Part shown: piece after piece, positions 28,816-38,228 of the stretch
How positions within the stretch are numbered: position 1 is the stretch's first letter
How the letters are laid out: each line of letters begins with the position of its first letter
NCBI GenBank assembly: GCA_963713865.1
Contig: OY970208.1
Coordinates: 1,152,001 to 1,216,000 of the forward strand
Origin: an uncultured candidate division Zixibacteria bacterium
GTDB taxonomy: Bacteria; Zixibacteria; MSB-5A5; RBG-16-43-9
Reading direction: 5' to 3'
Length of the DNA: 64,000 nt
Notes under the pieces: generated by a model
Seen by the model: only the letters and a program-made list of their open reading frames with translations
Database searches by the model: none
What the model was told of the DNA's origin: nothing
Position numbers and translations under genes: made by a program

Positions 28816-30147
28816 TTGGATAAACAATATCTCTGGAGAAAAGCGCTTAAAGACCCGCTCTATTTTGCCCGTGAATTCTTAGAGATTGAGCCTCATCCCG
28901 GTCAGGCCCTCTGGCTAAAGAGCTCAATCAAACCAGAAAACGCACTGCACACCGGGAATCGCTGGGGGAAAAGCCTTTGCCAGGCGATAAAAATCGTTCA
29001 TCGCTCGATTTTTAAAATCCGCAAGACTAGATATAATACCACAGAAAAATATACGGCAGTAAATGTATCTGTAACCCTTGACCAGGCAAAGATAATCTTC
29101 GATAAAGCAGTCGGTTTTTTAAAAGGGAAAAAGATATTAGAGCCTTTGGTTCAGGATATAAGGTCAACTCCGTTTCCACATATCGTCTTCTCCAATTCTG
29201 CGGTTTTCTGGGCACGCTCCACTCAGAGAAAAGGGGAATATCTTTTAGGATATGATTATGACTATTGTAATTTCGATGAAGTTGCCTTTGAGCCTCATCC
29301 TGAATATGTGGTTAATAATGTGATTATGATGAGACTTTGTGATCGAGCCGGGATGTTAGATTATACTTCTACCCCTAAGGGTAAAAACTGGTTCTATCGC
29401 AAATGCTTAGAGTTAAAATCTCATCTAGAATATGGATATGTCCAGGGGGGCGACACCCGGGAAAATTCTCATATCTCCACTGAGTATATTCAAAGGAAAT
29501 TGAAAACACTGTCAAATTCCAAGGTCGAGCAGAATATAATGGGAAATTTTATAGATGACCCGGATCAGGTTATAGAGGAAAAATATATCAGTCAGGCAAC
29601 CTCAAATTCTTCTGGACTTTCTTCTCCTAAAGAAGGACATCGCTATTCAACTGGATGGGATTTAGCGCGAAAAAGAAACTATACCGTAGGGATAACTTTA
29701 GACATTTCCAGCAAGCCATACCAGCTGGTCTCCCTGGAGAGATTTCAAAGGGGTTGGAAAGAGACGATTGAGTCGATCAGGAAAAGAAAGAAGGATTATG
29801 GGGGAGAGGTTTTGATAGATTCAACTGGTTTAGGGGATGTGATCTTAGAGGAGTTAAAAGATATAAATGTTAGAGGGTTTAATTTCGGGGAAAAAGGGGG
29901 AAAGGTTAAATCTGAGCTTATTGCCAATTTGCAAAAGGAGCATTCATTAAGTAATATTGCTTATCCTTATGTTGAGTTTATAGAAGAAGACGGTTCCCTG
30001 TGGTCTTTACAGGATGAATTAAGGGATTTTACTTGGGATACTAAGGAAAACTGTGATGCGGTGATGGCACTAGCGTTAGCCCTGTGGAATGTGAGAACCC
30101 CGGAACAGCTTCCCCTGATTCTGGTGCCGAGGGTGGAAAAAATCTAA
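28816..30147 (+). CDS. terL: Phage terminase large subunit
   Basis: TTG start after GTAGGTG; adenine-binding Q motif (HPGQ), Walker A GNRWGKS, Walker B YCNFDE, coupling motif TSTP.G.NWFY, RNase H-like nuclease GWDLAR / IDSTGLG / DAVMALALA. Confidence 0.88.
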   Translation: MDKQYLWRKALKDPLYFAREFLEIEPHPGQALWLKSSIKPENALHTGNRWGKSLCQAIKIVHRSIFKIRKTRYNTTEKYTAVNVSVTLDQAKIIFDKAVGFLKGKKILEPLVQDIRSTPFPHIVFSNSAVFWARSTQRKGEYLLGYDYDYCNFDEVAFEPHPEYVVNNVIMMRLCDRAGMLDYTSTPKGKNWFYRKCLELKSHLEYGYVQGGDTRENSHISTEYIQRKLKTLSNSKVEQNIMGNFIDDPDQVIEEKYISQATSNSSGLSSPKEGHRYSTGWDLARKRNYTVGITLDISSKPYQLVSLERFQRGWKETIESIRKRKKDYGGEVLIDSTGLGDVILEELKDINVRGFNFGEKGGKVKSELIANLQKEHSLSNIAYPYVEFIEEDGSLWSLQDELRDFTWDTKENCDAVMALALALWNVRTPEQLPLILVPRVEKI

Positions 30148-30188
30148 ATTATAGAGGCAAGGGTGTATGGCATTACATCCCTATTTAT

Positions 30189-30833
30189 CTAAAAAGGTAG
30201 AATCTCTTTTATCTTTGGCAGAAAAGTCTTGAGAAAATCTTCAAGCACAAGCTGAGCTTCTTTTTCCGAGATCTGGTTTAGAGACAGGTTTATGCGGACA
30301 AGGACGGCATCAGTAGGTGCTCTTTTTAACGAATTTAAAACCAGATCTAGTTTCAATCCTAACTCGCTGGTTATTATCCTGCTTCTGGTTTGAAACCAGT
30401 AATACATAACTTCTCTGGACAGCTTATCGGAGATCAAAAGTTTATTTACCTTAAGGTCTGAGCCTGTATCTGTTTTGATCAGAATCTTCCTTCGACTCAT
30501 AATCTTCCAGCCGCTACCGGGCAGGCAGTTCTTGGGGGAGTGAATCTGTGAACCATATTTCTGGCTCTTAAAATAGGCGATGAAAAGCCAGAGTTCTTTT
30601 CCTTCACTACTGGTATATTTCCTGAAAGCATAAGTATCAGCTTTGAGGACCTGGTTGGTCTCATCAGAAAAGAAATATTCCTGACCGTTCCAGTCTGCGT
30701 ACTGAAGAGGGAGAGAGGAAAAGAGAGGGAATCTCTTCGATTCGACTCGAGAGTAGCGCAGGATATTTATCAGTATCCCGGTTAGAACAAAAAGGATCAG
30801 GACTATCCAGAATTCTTTTTTTTTAAAGCCCAT
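30189..30833 (-). CDS. epsI: EpsI family (exosortase-associated) periplasmic protein
   Basis: LP....W.G, L.AD.Y..R.Y, LFIAYF.SQ....QIHSPKNCLPGSGW, YYWFQ.R, DAVLVR. Confidence 0.88.
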   Translation of the reverse strand: MGFKKKEFWIVLILFVLTGILINILRYSRVESKRFPLFSSLPLQYADWNGQEYFFSDETNQVLKADTYAFRKYTSSEGKELWLFIAYFKSQKYGSQIHSPKNCLPGSGWKIMSRRKILIKTDTGSDLKVNKLLISDKLSREVMYYWFQTRSRIITSELGLKLDLVLNSLKRAPTDAVLVRINLSLNQISEKEAQLVLEDFLKTFLPKIKEILPF

Positions 30834-30882
30834 AACTTTAACCTCAGAGGAAATATAAAAAAGGATAGGGAAAAGTCAACCC

Positions 30883-32358
30883 TTAGAGTATAAATTCAGA
30901 AAGGTCTATCTTATATTTCTGGGGATCCAGGCACCTCACTGGCATCTTAGATTCCTCCATTTCCGCAGGATATTCTGAGCTTTGGCCCAAATCCAGAGTC
31001 TCAGGTGTTTTTTTAATCCCATTCTGGTCTGCGATAATTTTTAGTTTGGGTAGAGTGAGGTTCTCCGGATTATTTTTTATCACTATCCCTATCTCCCCGG
31101 TATTTAAAAGGACCAGGGAGCCCACCGGATAAACCCCCAAGATATTTATAAAAAGTTTCAACAAGCAGGAATCATAAACTTTATCCCGGGCATAAAACAT
31201 CTTCCTCAAAGCTTCATCCGGCAGATAAGGGGTTTTAATATATACCCGGCCCGAGGTCATAGCATCATAAGCATCGGCAATGCTTACTATACGGGAGAAC
31301 AGGTTTAACTCTCTTTTGTTTTTAACCTTAGGATAACCGGAAAGGTCGAGGTTCAGATGGTGTTCAAAACTAACCAGCATAGCCCTCATTGAAAAGGGAT
31401 CGAACTTTAAACTGATTAAAAGGTTTTTTACTCCCCAGATCGGGTGTTTTTTCATCCTCGTCCATTCGGATTCATTGAATTCAGAAGGTTTGTTTAAAAG
31501 CTCCAAGGGTAAATTTGTTTTTCCAATATCGTGAAACAGGGCGGCAAGGCCTAATTCGCTTAACTTCTTTTTGTTTAAACCCAATCTCAATCCCAGGATT
31601 AAGGAGAGGATACAGACGTTGGTAGAATGGAGATAAGTATATTCATCGTAGTTTCTTAAAGAAGAAAGCTCTAAGAAGATCTCCTCGTTCAGCAGGAGCT
31701 GATCTACTAAAGATTGAACTACCCTTTTCACTTTAACCAGATTTATCTCTTTACCTGCCTGAGCTCTCTGGCTGATCTCTCGCACCATAGAGAAAGCTTT
31801 GGTGAAAGTTTTTTTCGCAACCTTTCGCTGGTCTAAAGAGATCTGGTCAGCTTCTAAAACGGAAGACTCTTTTTCCTTTTCCAGGTGAAGGTTCTGGAGA
31901 TTTTCCTCAAAGATTTTTTTCTCCAAACTTTCAAATGGCTCCATATCCTCAGTATCTATTTGTGCTAGAATATAGATCAAGCTTTGCAAATCCTTCTGGG
32001 TTAATCCGTCCTCCAGAGCAAGTTTATAGATCTTCAGTTTTTTCAAGAACTCCAGGATAAATCGGCTGGCAACATAATTTTCGAAATCGAATCTCAGACG
32101 GGCTTGATTTAAAAACAGATAACCTTCCTGGGTGCTTAAGTTAAGCTCACCCTCCTTTTCAATTAACTCCCTGACTAAATCCATCAGGGGATGGATCTGT
32201 TTCTGGAAAGCGGCATTATTCGGTTCGTATATAAGGGAGGTCTTAAGGGTAGAATAGAATAGATTTATAAACACCTTCCCTTTTTCTAAAAGATGTAAAG
32301 ACGCCTCTTTCTTCTCTTTTCTTTCCTGAGCATTAACCGGTTCAACTAACTTATTCAA
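30883..32358 (-). CDS. HD-GYP domain protein (c-di-GMP phosphodiesterase-like)
   Basis: DEYTYLHS.NV, LFHDIGK, HP..G, EHH...D.SGYP, IADAYDAMTS.R.Y. Confidence 0.92.
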   Translation of the reverse strand: MNKLVEPVNAQERKEKKEASLHLLEKGKVFINLFYSTLKTSLIYEPNNAAFQKQIHPLMDLVRELIEKEGELNLSTQEGYLFLNQARLRFDFENYVASRFILEFLKKLKIYKLALEDGLTQKDLQSLIYILAQIDTEDMEPFESLEKKIFEENLQNLHLEKEKESSVLEADQISLDQRKVAKKTFTKAFSMVREISQRAQAGKEINLVKVKRVVQSLVDQLLLNEEIFLELSSLRNYDEYTYLHSTNVCILSLILGLRLGLNKKKLSELGLAALFHDIGKTNLPLELLNKPSEFNESEWTRMKKHPIWGVKNLLISLKFDPFSMRAMLVSFEHHLNLDLSGYPKVKNKRELNLFSRIVSIADAYDAMTSGRVYIKTPYLPDEALRKMFYARDKVYDSCLLKLFINILGVYPVGSLVLLNTGEIGIVIKNNPENLTLPKLKIIADQNGIKKTPETLDLGQSSEYPAEMEESKMPVRCLDPQKYKIDLSEFIL

Positions 32359-32372
32359 ATTTCATACTCCCG

Positions 32373-34121
32373 TTATTTGCCGAGATCTTTTCGGCTCCTC
32401 TCCGAGGTGGAGACTTTTTCCCACAAAGCTTTAGCTTGTTTCTGGATTTTCTTTTTACTTTTTAAACCAAACTCTTTTAGACTCTCCTGGCTTAAGGAAG
32501 TCCCGATTGAGGCTAAAGATTTTAAAGCCAGAGAAGAAGTCTCCGTTTGTTTTTCTCTTTTGAACCAGACTTTTTTCAGGATCAGCTTCTTGAGCAAGGG
32601 GATAGCCTCATCTTTACCTATCTTGGCCCAGGTTTCCAAAAGGGTCTCTTTCTCCACACGATTTTTATCTCTGAAATCTTTTCTCAAAAATAGAGCTGAG
32701 ACGTAATCCAGAGCCTCCTGGGTAGGTAACCTCTGGCTTAATACTTTCGCTGCTTTGAGCCTGAGCCTTTCATCCGGATCCGCTAAGACATTCAAAAGAA
32801 TGGAAGTTCCCTCTTTTCCCTCGATGTGAGAGAGAGCTTCTAAGGTCTCTTTCCTTACTCTTATATCCTCATGGGCAATGGTTTTCTTCAGATAGGGGAG
32901 GGCAAGGGGGGAGCTGATTCTTCCGAAGATACCTACGATATTTCTGACCACATACCATCTGCGGTCATAAATCCCTTTGCTTAAAAGATTGATATTCTTT
33001 TCCCCTACATTCTCCAGAATCGAGCAGACCATCTTCCGGCTGGCAAAATTTTCCAGTTCACCTAACATATCTACAAAATCAGGGATACTGTTCCAGCTTA
33101 AAAGGCTAAGATATTTTTTAACTGAGAAAAGGTCTAAACTTATTTTCTGATTCAAAATCTGGGTCAGGATTCTCATCCTCTCTTTATCTCCAGCCCGGTC
33201 AGCTGCTTCTTTAATCCTTATGGTTCTATTTGACTGACCTGTATCAGCTTCAGTTTTCTCTAAGTTTTTCAGAAGAAGCAATAACTCTGAGGCTAAATAG
33301 AAGTCCCCTTGACCGATCAGGGAGTCCAAAAGTTTTTCAAAAAGCTTAACTGTCTCTGAAAACTCGTGGTATTCCTTTTCGCTGAAAAGGATTTCCTCTA
33401 AAACGGCGAAGCTCTCTTTTAAGGGTTCGAAGCTTTCGTCTTTCTCTAAAAGGGTTTTTAGCTCTTCTAATTCCTTCTCCGGAACAAGGTCTAAATCCCG
33501 GAGAAACCTATCGACTTCAATTTTATGGGGTAGCTCTTTCAAATTTTCAGTTTTTCCTTCTAAATTTACCTCAGAATAATAAAGCTTCTTTAAGTCTTTT
33601 TCCCCTACCGGTTGAGGTAAATCGACAAGTTCCTCGCTTAAGAATTCATCCACCACTAAAAATTTTATATGCGCTAATTCTTTTTCCCAGAAAAGGGTAA
33701 CCAGATCGTCCTCTGGCAGAGTAGATTTCAGACCACGGCTTATTATCTCCAGAAAAGCAAAAAGCTCTTCCTGGTCCATTCCTTTCTGGAAAGCGATCTC
33801 CCTGATCCCATCCCGGTAAAAGGCAAAGGAGATCCCTTCATCTTTTTTCTCCTCTTTTACGACAACTTTATCTTTATATAATAGTTGAGATTGAGCCACC
33901 CTGAATTTAAGCTCCTCGTTTTCCTGCAGGTAAGCTGAGAGTTTTTTGAACAGGTTATTCTTGAACTCTTTAGGTATAGGATTATCCGCTGGATAGATGC
34001 AGAAGATCTTGAGAGTCTTGATCAAAAGGTTGGTTATCTCCTGAACCCCTTTGGGGAGCTCAACTGAGAAGTTCTGGAACTCTTCTGATTCCGCTTTAAC
34101 AATTCTTGATTCTTCAAGCAT
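32373..34121 (-). CDS. HEAT-repeat protein, partner of the HD-GYP gene
   Basis: N-terminal IYP.DNP module similar to the HD-GYP N-terminus; D.RWYVVRN, HED.RVRKE, D.DERLR repeats. Confidence 0.85.
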   Translation of the reverse strand: MLEESRIVKAESEEFQNFSVELPKGVQEITNLLIKTLKIFCIYPADNPIPKEFKNNLFKKLSAYLQENEELKFRVAQSQLLYKDKVVVKEEKKDEGISFAFYRDGIREIAFQKGMDQEELFAFLEIISRGLKSTLPEDDLVTLFWEKELAHIKFLVVDEFLSEELVDLPQPVGEKDLKKLYYSEVNLEGKTENLKELPHKIEVDRFLRDLDLVPEKELEELKTLLEKDESFEPLKESFAVLEEILFSEKEYHEFSETVKLFEKLLDSLIGQGDFYLASELLLLLKNLEKTEADTGQSNRTIRIKEAADRAGDKERMRILTQILNQKISLDLFSVKKYLSLLSWNSIPDFVDMLGELENFASRKMVCSILENVGEKNINLLSKGIYDRRWYVVRNIVGIFGRISSPLALPYLKKTIAHEDIRVRKETLEALSHIEGKEGTSILLNVLADPDERLRLKAAKVLSQRLPTQEALDYVSALFLRKDFRDKNRVEKETLLETWAKIGKDEAIPLLKKLILKKVWFKREKQTETSSLALKSLASIGTSLSQESLKEFGLKSKKKIQKQAKALWEKVSTSERSRKDLGK

Positions 34122-34227
34122 AATTACTCACGCGGCGAATCCTTTAAAGGGATTTCTACCTTTCTTATTAATTATCGTCAGATTTGAGAAGCTATTTAGA
34201 GAAGAAAGGAAGGTATAAGAGTGAAAG

Positions 34228-34254
34228 TAGGGGTTCAAAATTTTGAACCCCTAC
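34228..34254. repeat. REP-like family D (GTAGGG...CCCTAC hairpin)
   Basis: GTAGGGGTTCAAAATTTTGAACCCCTAC; relatives near 8054-8092, 26613-26648, 38194-38222, 46763-46789, 58363-58391. Confidence 0.8.
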
Positions 34255-34457
34255 TCGTGATTGCCATCCGCCTGCGACGGACTGAACCTGGTTAGTCAAG
34301 ATTCTTCCGTCAGGTTGGGGGGGACCTGACGGTCACGTGAAACCATCAGAGCTGTTATACTGAGCCCGTAGGGTGAGGTATCTAAAACCAAAAAGAATAG
34401 ATTCTTCCTCCCGTAGGGGGTGACAAAAAATGGTTTTCTACTTTTTAGATTGTATTT

Positions 34458-34802
34458 TCAGATATGATTCAGCATCTCATCTGCTATCTGGTTAGCCTTT
34501 TCCCAGTCTTCTTCTGAAACCCAAAGGCTAACCTCTACAAGTGAAGTAGTTGAATAGCTCCCTAACATTATCCCGATATCCTCACCTTTGATTATGGCGG
34601 AAATTCCTGAATTCTGAAGCGATTCTTTAAGCATTTCTGCATAGAGTCTACTGGGCAGGTTTCGCAGGAGTTTATATTTTATTTCCCCTGGCGTTTCTTC
34701 TGGGGACTCCTCCGGAAGTTCTTCAACTAAAGGCAGGTCGCAGTCACTGCATTTTTCTATACCGGGATTATATTCTGTTTTGCATTTGGGACAGTAGGGC
34801 AT
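34458..34802 (-). CDS. Zinc-ribbon + DUF2007-like protein
   Basis: MPYCPKC..EY.PG...C.DC..PLV; AEML...L...GI, V.LWV..ED..KA. Confidence 0.8.
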   Translation of the reverse strand: MPYCPKCKTEYNPGIEKCSDCDLPLVEELPEESPEETPGEIKYKLLRNLPSRLYAEMLKESLQNSGISAIIKGEDIGIMLGSYSTTSLVEVSLWVSEEDWEKANQIADEMLNHI

Positions 34803-35027
34803 AAAGCTCCTTTTTTATTTTTTGGAGTGTCCCGCCTTTGGCGGGGTTAATGCATAATATTTAATCGTAGCGGAGGTCTTCAGACCTCCAATTTTCTCAT
34901 AGTGTGACCCTTTTATGGTCGCAAGAAGCGAGGCTGAAGCTTCGCATTAGAACTCATACCCACCTTGCGCGCAAGGTGGGTTTACCGATTGAGGCAGGAG
35001 TTCAATTCCTGCCCCAGCTAAGAGGGT

Positions 35028-35960
35028 TTACCGATTCGGAAGGCTGAAATCTTCCGCTACAGCTTTTCTCACAAATCCACCTGCTTTTCTTAATCTTTTT
35101 TCTGCTTCAATTTTTTCAACTTTAGCAAGTATCATTACCAGAGCGGTTTTTACTTTACCTCCTGAAAGACGGAGATATTTTTCAGCCTGTTTATAATTGA
35201 CTCCAGTAACCTCCATAATAATACGCTTTGATCTTTCGGATAGTTTCTGACTTTTTACCTGCAGGTCAACCATCAGATTCTGATAAACTTTGCCCATTTT
35301 TATCATAGAGCAGGTGGTGAGCATATTCAAAATCAGCTTCTGGGCAGTTCCGGCTTTCATCCGGGTAGAGCCGGTTATAACCTCAGGACCTAAGACCGGG
35401 GAGATTGTTACATCTGGCTTAACTTTGAGCTTTTTCCCAGGGTTACAGAAAACAAATATAGTTTTTGCTCTTACTTTTTTAGCATATTTCAAAGCACCCA
35501 GGACATAAGGGGTTCTTCTGGATGCGGCTATTCCCACTACTACATCTTGTTTTTTTAATCCCACTTTTTTTAAATCTGTAGCTCCGGCTTTGAGATTATC
35601 CTCTACTCCTTCTCTTGACCTTATCAAACATTTATATCCACCCGCGATGATTCCCTTTATCATTCTCGGGTCAGTTCCAAAAGTCGGAGGACATTCTGCC
35701 GCATCCAATACTCCTATTCTCCCGCTGGTCCCGGCTCCGATGTAAAAAAGTCTGCCACCTTTTTTAAAAGATTTTACAATAAGCTCAACACCTCTGACTA
35801 TCTGGGGAATGACTTTTTCAATAGATTTAGGGACTGTTTTATCCTCAGCATTAATCAGTCTCAAAATCTGTAGGGTGGATTTCGAGTCAATGTCAAAAGT
35901 AGCAGGATTTCTTGCTTCGGTAATTAAATTTTTGATCTCGTTAAAGACTTTTCTGGACAA
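35028..35960 (-). CDS. murQ: N-acetylmuramic acid 6-phosphate etherase
   Basis: TEARNP, GAGTSGR.G.LDA.ECPPTFG, GPEVITGSTRMKAGTAQKLILNM. Confidence 0.96.
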   Translation of the reverse strand: MSRKVFNEIKNLITEARNPATFDIDSKSTLQILRLINAEDKTVPKSIEKVIPQIVRGVELIVKSFKKGGRLFYIGAGTSGRIGVLDAAECPPTFGTDPRMIKGIIAGGYKCLIRSREGVEDNLKAGATDLKKVGLKKQDVVVGIAASRRTPYVLGALKYAKKVRAKTIFVFCNPGKKLKVKPDVTISPVLGPEVITGSTRMKAGTAQKLILNMLTTCSMIKMGKVYQNLMVDLQVKSQKLSERSKRIIMEVTGVNYKQAEKYLRLSGGKVKTALVMILAKVEKIEAEKRLRKAGGFVRKAVAEDFSLPNR

Positions 35961-35979
35961 AAAATATTGCTCCAGTTAC

Positions 35980-36726
35980 TTAAAAAGTAGTTACATATAT
36001 GATGGCTTTTCGAGCAATAACTCCAGCACCAATTGTTCCTTTTGCTCCGGATATATTATTAGCCGGCAGACCCGTAGGGAGATCAAATGGTGTATCAGGA
36101 TAACTTACAAAACTTTTGTTGTAGGCTACGATATAGATCAAGTAATAACCATATACTGGATTCCCCATTCCTGTTGTATAAAAAGCCTGTTGGGGGATGC
36201 TTATGGGTGAGCCATCAACCGTGGCACTGTACAATAGAGCTCCAGAAATAGTATCACCCTTGGCAACACCAATTATATATCCATCAGCATTATTTGAGGT
36301 TGTCCAGCTTACTTGAATAGGAAGGTCCTGTATCCTAAAAGTATCTTTGTTTGGAGAAGTTTGAGCACTAAAAGTATCCGGCATAGTAAAACCGAAAGTT
36401 ATAGTTACAGTATCCTGTGAACTTATGATGGAATCAGTATAGGCGGTTTTCACATGGAAAGTAGTATCCGCAAAAAGAGAATCATATAAACCGGAACCGC
36501 TATTGAGTATGGTTTTATTTCCTACTTTGACAGTTGCACTATTGTAAAGAGTGTCATTTCTCGAAATGGTGAAATAGACAATATCTTTTGAGAAATTCAT
36601 ATCCTTAACCACTGCTCCATAGATAGTGAAAGTCGGTTTTTTAGAGCTTGGTCCAGTGGGTTTCTTTCCGCAGGAGTAACCAAATAATAAAACTGCAGTC
36701 ATCAAAAATAAAATTATCTTTCTCAT
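35980..36726 (-). CDS. Ser/Thr-rich beta-sandwich lipoprotein
   Basis: Lipobox GYSC followed by KKPTGP; NI.GAKG.IGA near C-terminus. Confidence 0.7.
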   Translation of the reverse strand: MRKIILFLMTAVLLFGYSCGKKPTGPSSKKPTFTIYGAVVKDMNFSKDIVYFTISRNDTLYNSATVKVGNKTILNSGSGLYDSLFADTTFHVKTAYTDSIISSQDTVTITFGFTMPDTFSAQTSPNKDTFRIQDLPIQVSWTTSNNADGYIIGVAKGDTISGALLYSATVDGSPISIPQQAFYTTGMGNPVYGYYLIYIVAYNKSFVSYPDTPFDLPTGLPANNISGAKGTIGAGVIARKAIIYVTTF

Positions 36727-37952
36727 CTTAACCCCTCCAATCCGCCTACGGCGGATTTAAAGTTTTTCATCCTCTCTAAAGCTTCTTTTATCTTATCCTC
36801 AGGTACGGTCAAAGAGAATCTTAAATACCCTTCACCTTCAGAACCCAAGCCAGAGCCGGGTGTGGTTAATACCCCGGCCTTTTTTAAAAGCTCTAAACTA
36901 ATCCTCTTTGAACTTTTTTTACCGGGTATTTTAGCCCAGACAAAAATTCCTCCTCTGGGTAATTCAACTTCCCAGCCTAAGGATTTCAAAGCCGGAACTA
37001 AAATATCTCTCCTATTCTTATATGTTCGACATAATTCTTTCGTAACTTGAGGAGGAAGTGAAAGTGCAGTTATGGCAGCTTTTTGAATCACGTGAAATAC
37101 CCCTGAATCCAGATTTGCTTTCAAATTCCGTAAAACCCGGATAAGTTTTCTGTTCCCCACTACAAATCCCAGTCTCCAGCCAGTCATAGAGTAAGTCTTG
37201 GAAAAAGAATGAAACTCCAAAGTATGTTCTTTTGCACCGGGAATCTCTAAAAGGCTAAAAGATTTCTCCCTATCAAAAGTTATCTCCGAATAAGCCATAT
37301 CGTTGCATAAAATTATTTTATTCTTTCTGGCAAAGCTTGTTGCTTTTTCCAGGAATTTTTCTGGAGCTAAAGCCCCGGTGGGATTATTAGGATAATTCAG
37401 GTATAAAAGTTTTGTTTTAGCTAAGACTTTCTTATTGATTTTATCTAAATCCGGAAGCCAGTTGTTTTTCTTTAAAAGAGGGGTTTCATAGATTTTCCCT
37501 CCTGAAATAATGACTCCTCTTTTATAGGCAGGATAAGCTGGGTTAGGAACAATAGCATAATCCTGGGGATTCAAAAAAGCCAAAGGCAGATGAGTCAATC
37601 CCTCTTTTGAGCCTATTAAAATTAAAACCTCTTCTTCCGGATCAAGTTTGACTTTGAATCTGCGGTAAAACCAATCAGCGATTGCTTTCTTTAGCTCGAC
37701 TATCCCTTCATAAACCGGATGACGGTGATTTTCCGGGTTGTCTGCTTCTTTTTTTAGAGTCTCGATAACCTCTTTAGGCGGAGGCAGGTCCGGATTACCA
37801 GCAGATAAGTCGATTACTTCAATTCCAGAGTTTATGGCTTTTCTTTTCGCCTCAGCCATCTCGGAGAAGACATATTTGCCTAAGGAGGATAAGTTTTTCA
37901 TTCGGTCTGAGATTTTCTCTTGGAGATTAGTTTTCTTTTTCATTTTGTTCAA
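36723..37952 (-). CDS. Class I/II PLP aminotransferase (LL-diaminopimelate aminotransferase-like)
   Basis: GNPDLPP, IGSKEG, LNYPNNPTG, D.AY, SFSKTYSMTGWRLG. Confidence 0.88.
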   Translation of the reverse strand: MNKMKKKTNLQEKISDRMKNLSSLGKYVFSEMAEAKRKAINSGIEVIDLSAGNPDLPPPKEVIETLKKEADNPENHRHPVYEGIVELKKAIADWFYRRFKVKLDPEEEVLILIGSKEGLTHLPLAFLNPQDYAIVPNPAYPAYKRGVIISGGKIYETPLLKKNNWLPDLDKINKKVLAKTKLLYLNYPNNPTGALAPEKFLEKATSFARKNKIILCNDMAYSEITFDREKSFSLLEIPGAKEHTLEFHSFSKTYSMTGWRLGFVVGNRKLIRVLRNLKANLDSGVFHVIQKAAITALSLPPQVTKELCRTYKNRRDILVPALKSLGWEVELPRGGIFVWAKIPGKKSSKRISLELLKKAGVLTTPGSGLGSEGEGYLRFSLTVPEDKIKEALERMKNFKSAVGGLEGLR

Positions 37953-38228
37953 AGTTAATCACTCTTAATTTCATAATGTAATATGAACTCTATTCAAAGC
38001 AAGCCTTTTTTGAAGTTTAAAAATGCGATTGAAAGAGGATGTTTTCCCCCTTTCATTATAGGGAAGGGTCAGGGTGAGGTCAAAATAAATAAAAAAGGAC
38101 AGGATAATGTTCTATCCCTGCAAGAACTGTAACATACGATGTTTCTGTCCGAGAAGTGGATCTGTAGGATCAGACGTTAAAAGTGAAAAATATAAGGGAC
38201 AGGACGCTATCCTGTCCCTACAGAAAAT

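Noticed and set aside
27216-30147. Complete prophage
   Set aside because: No integrase, capsid, tail, lysis genes or att repeats seen; flanks are ordinary host genes
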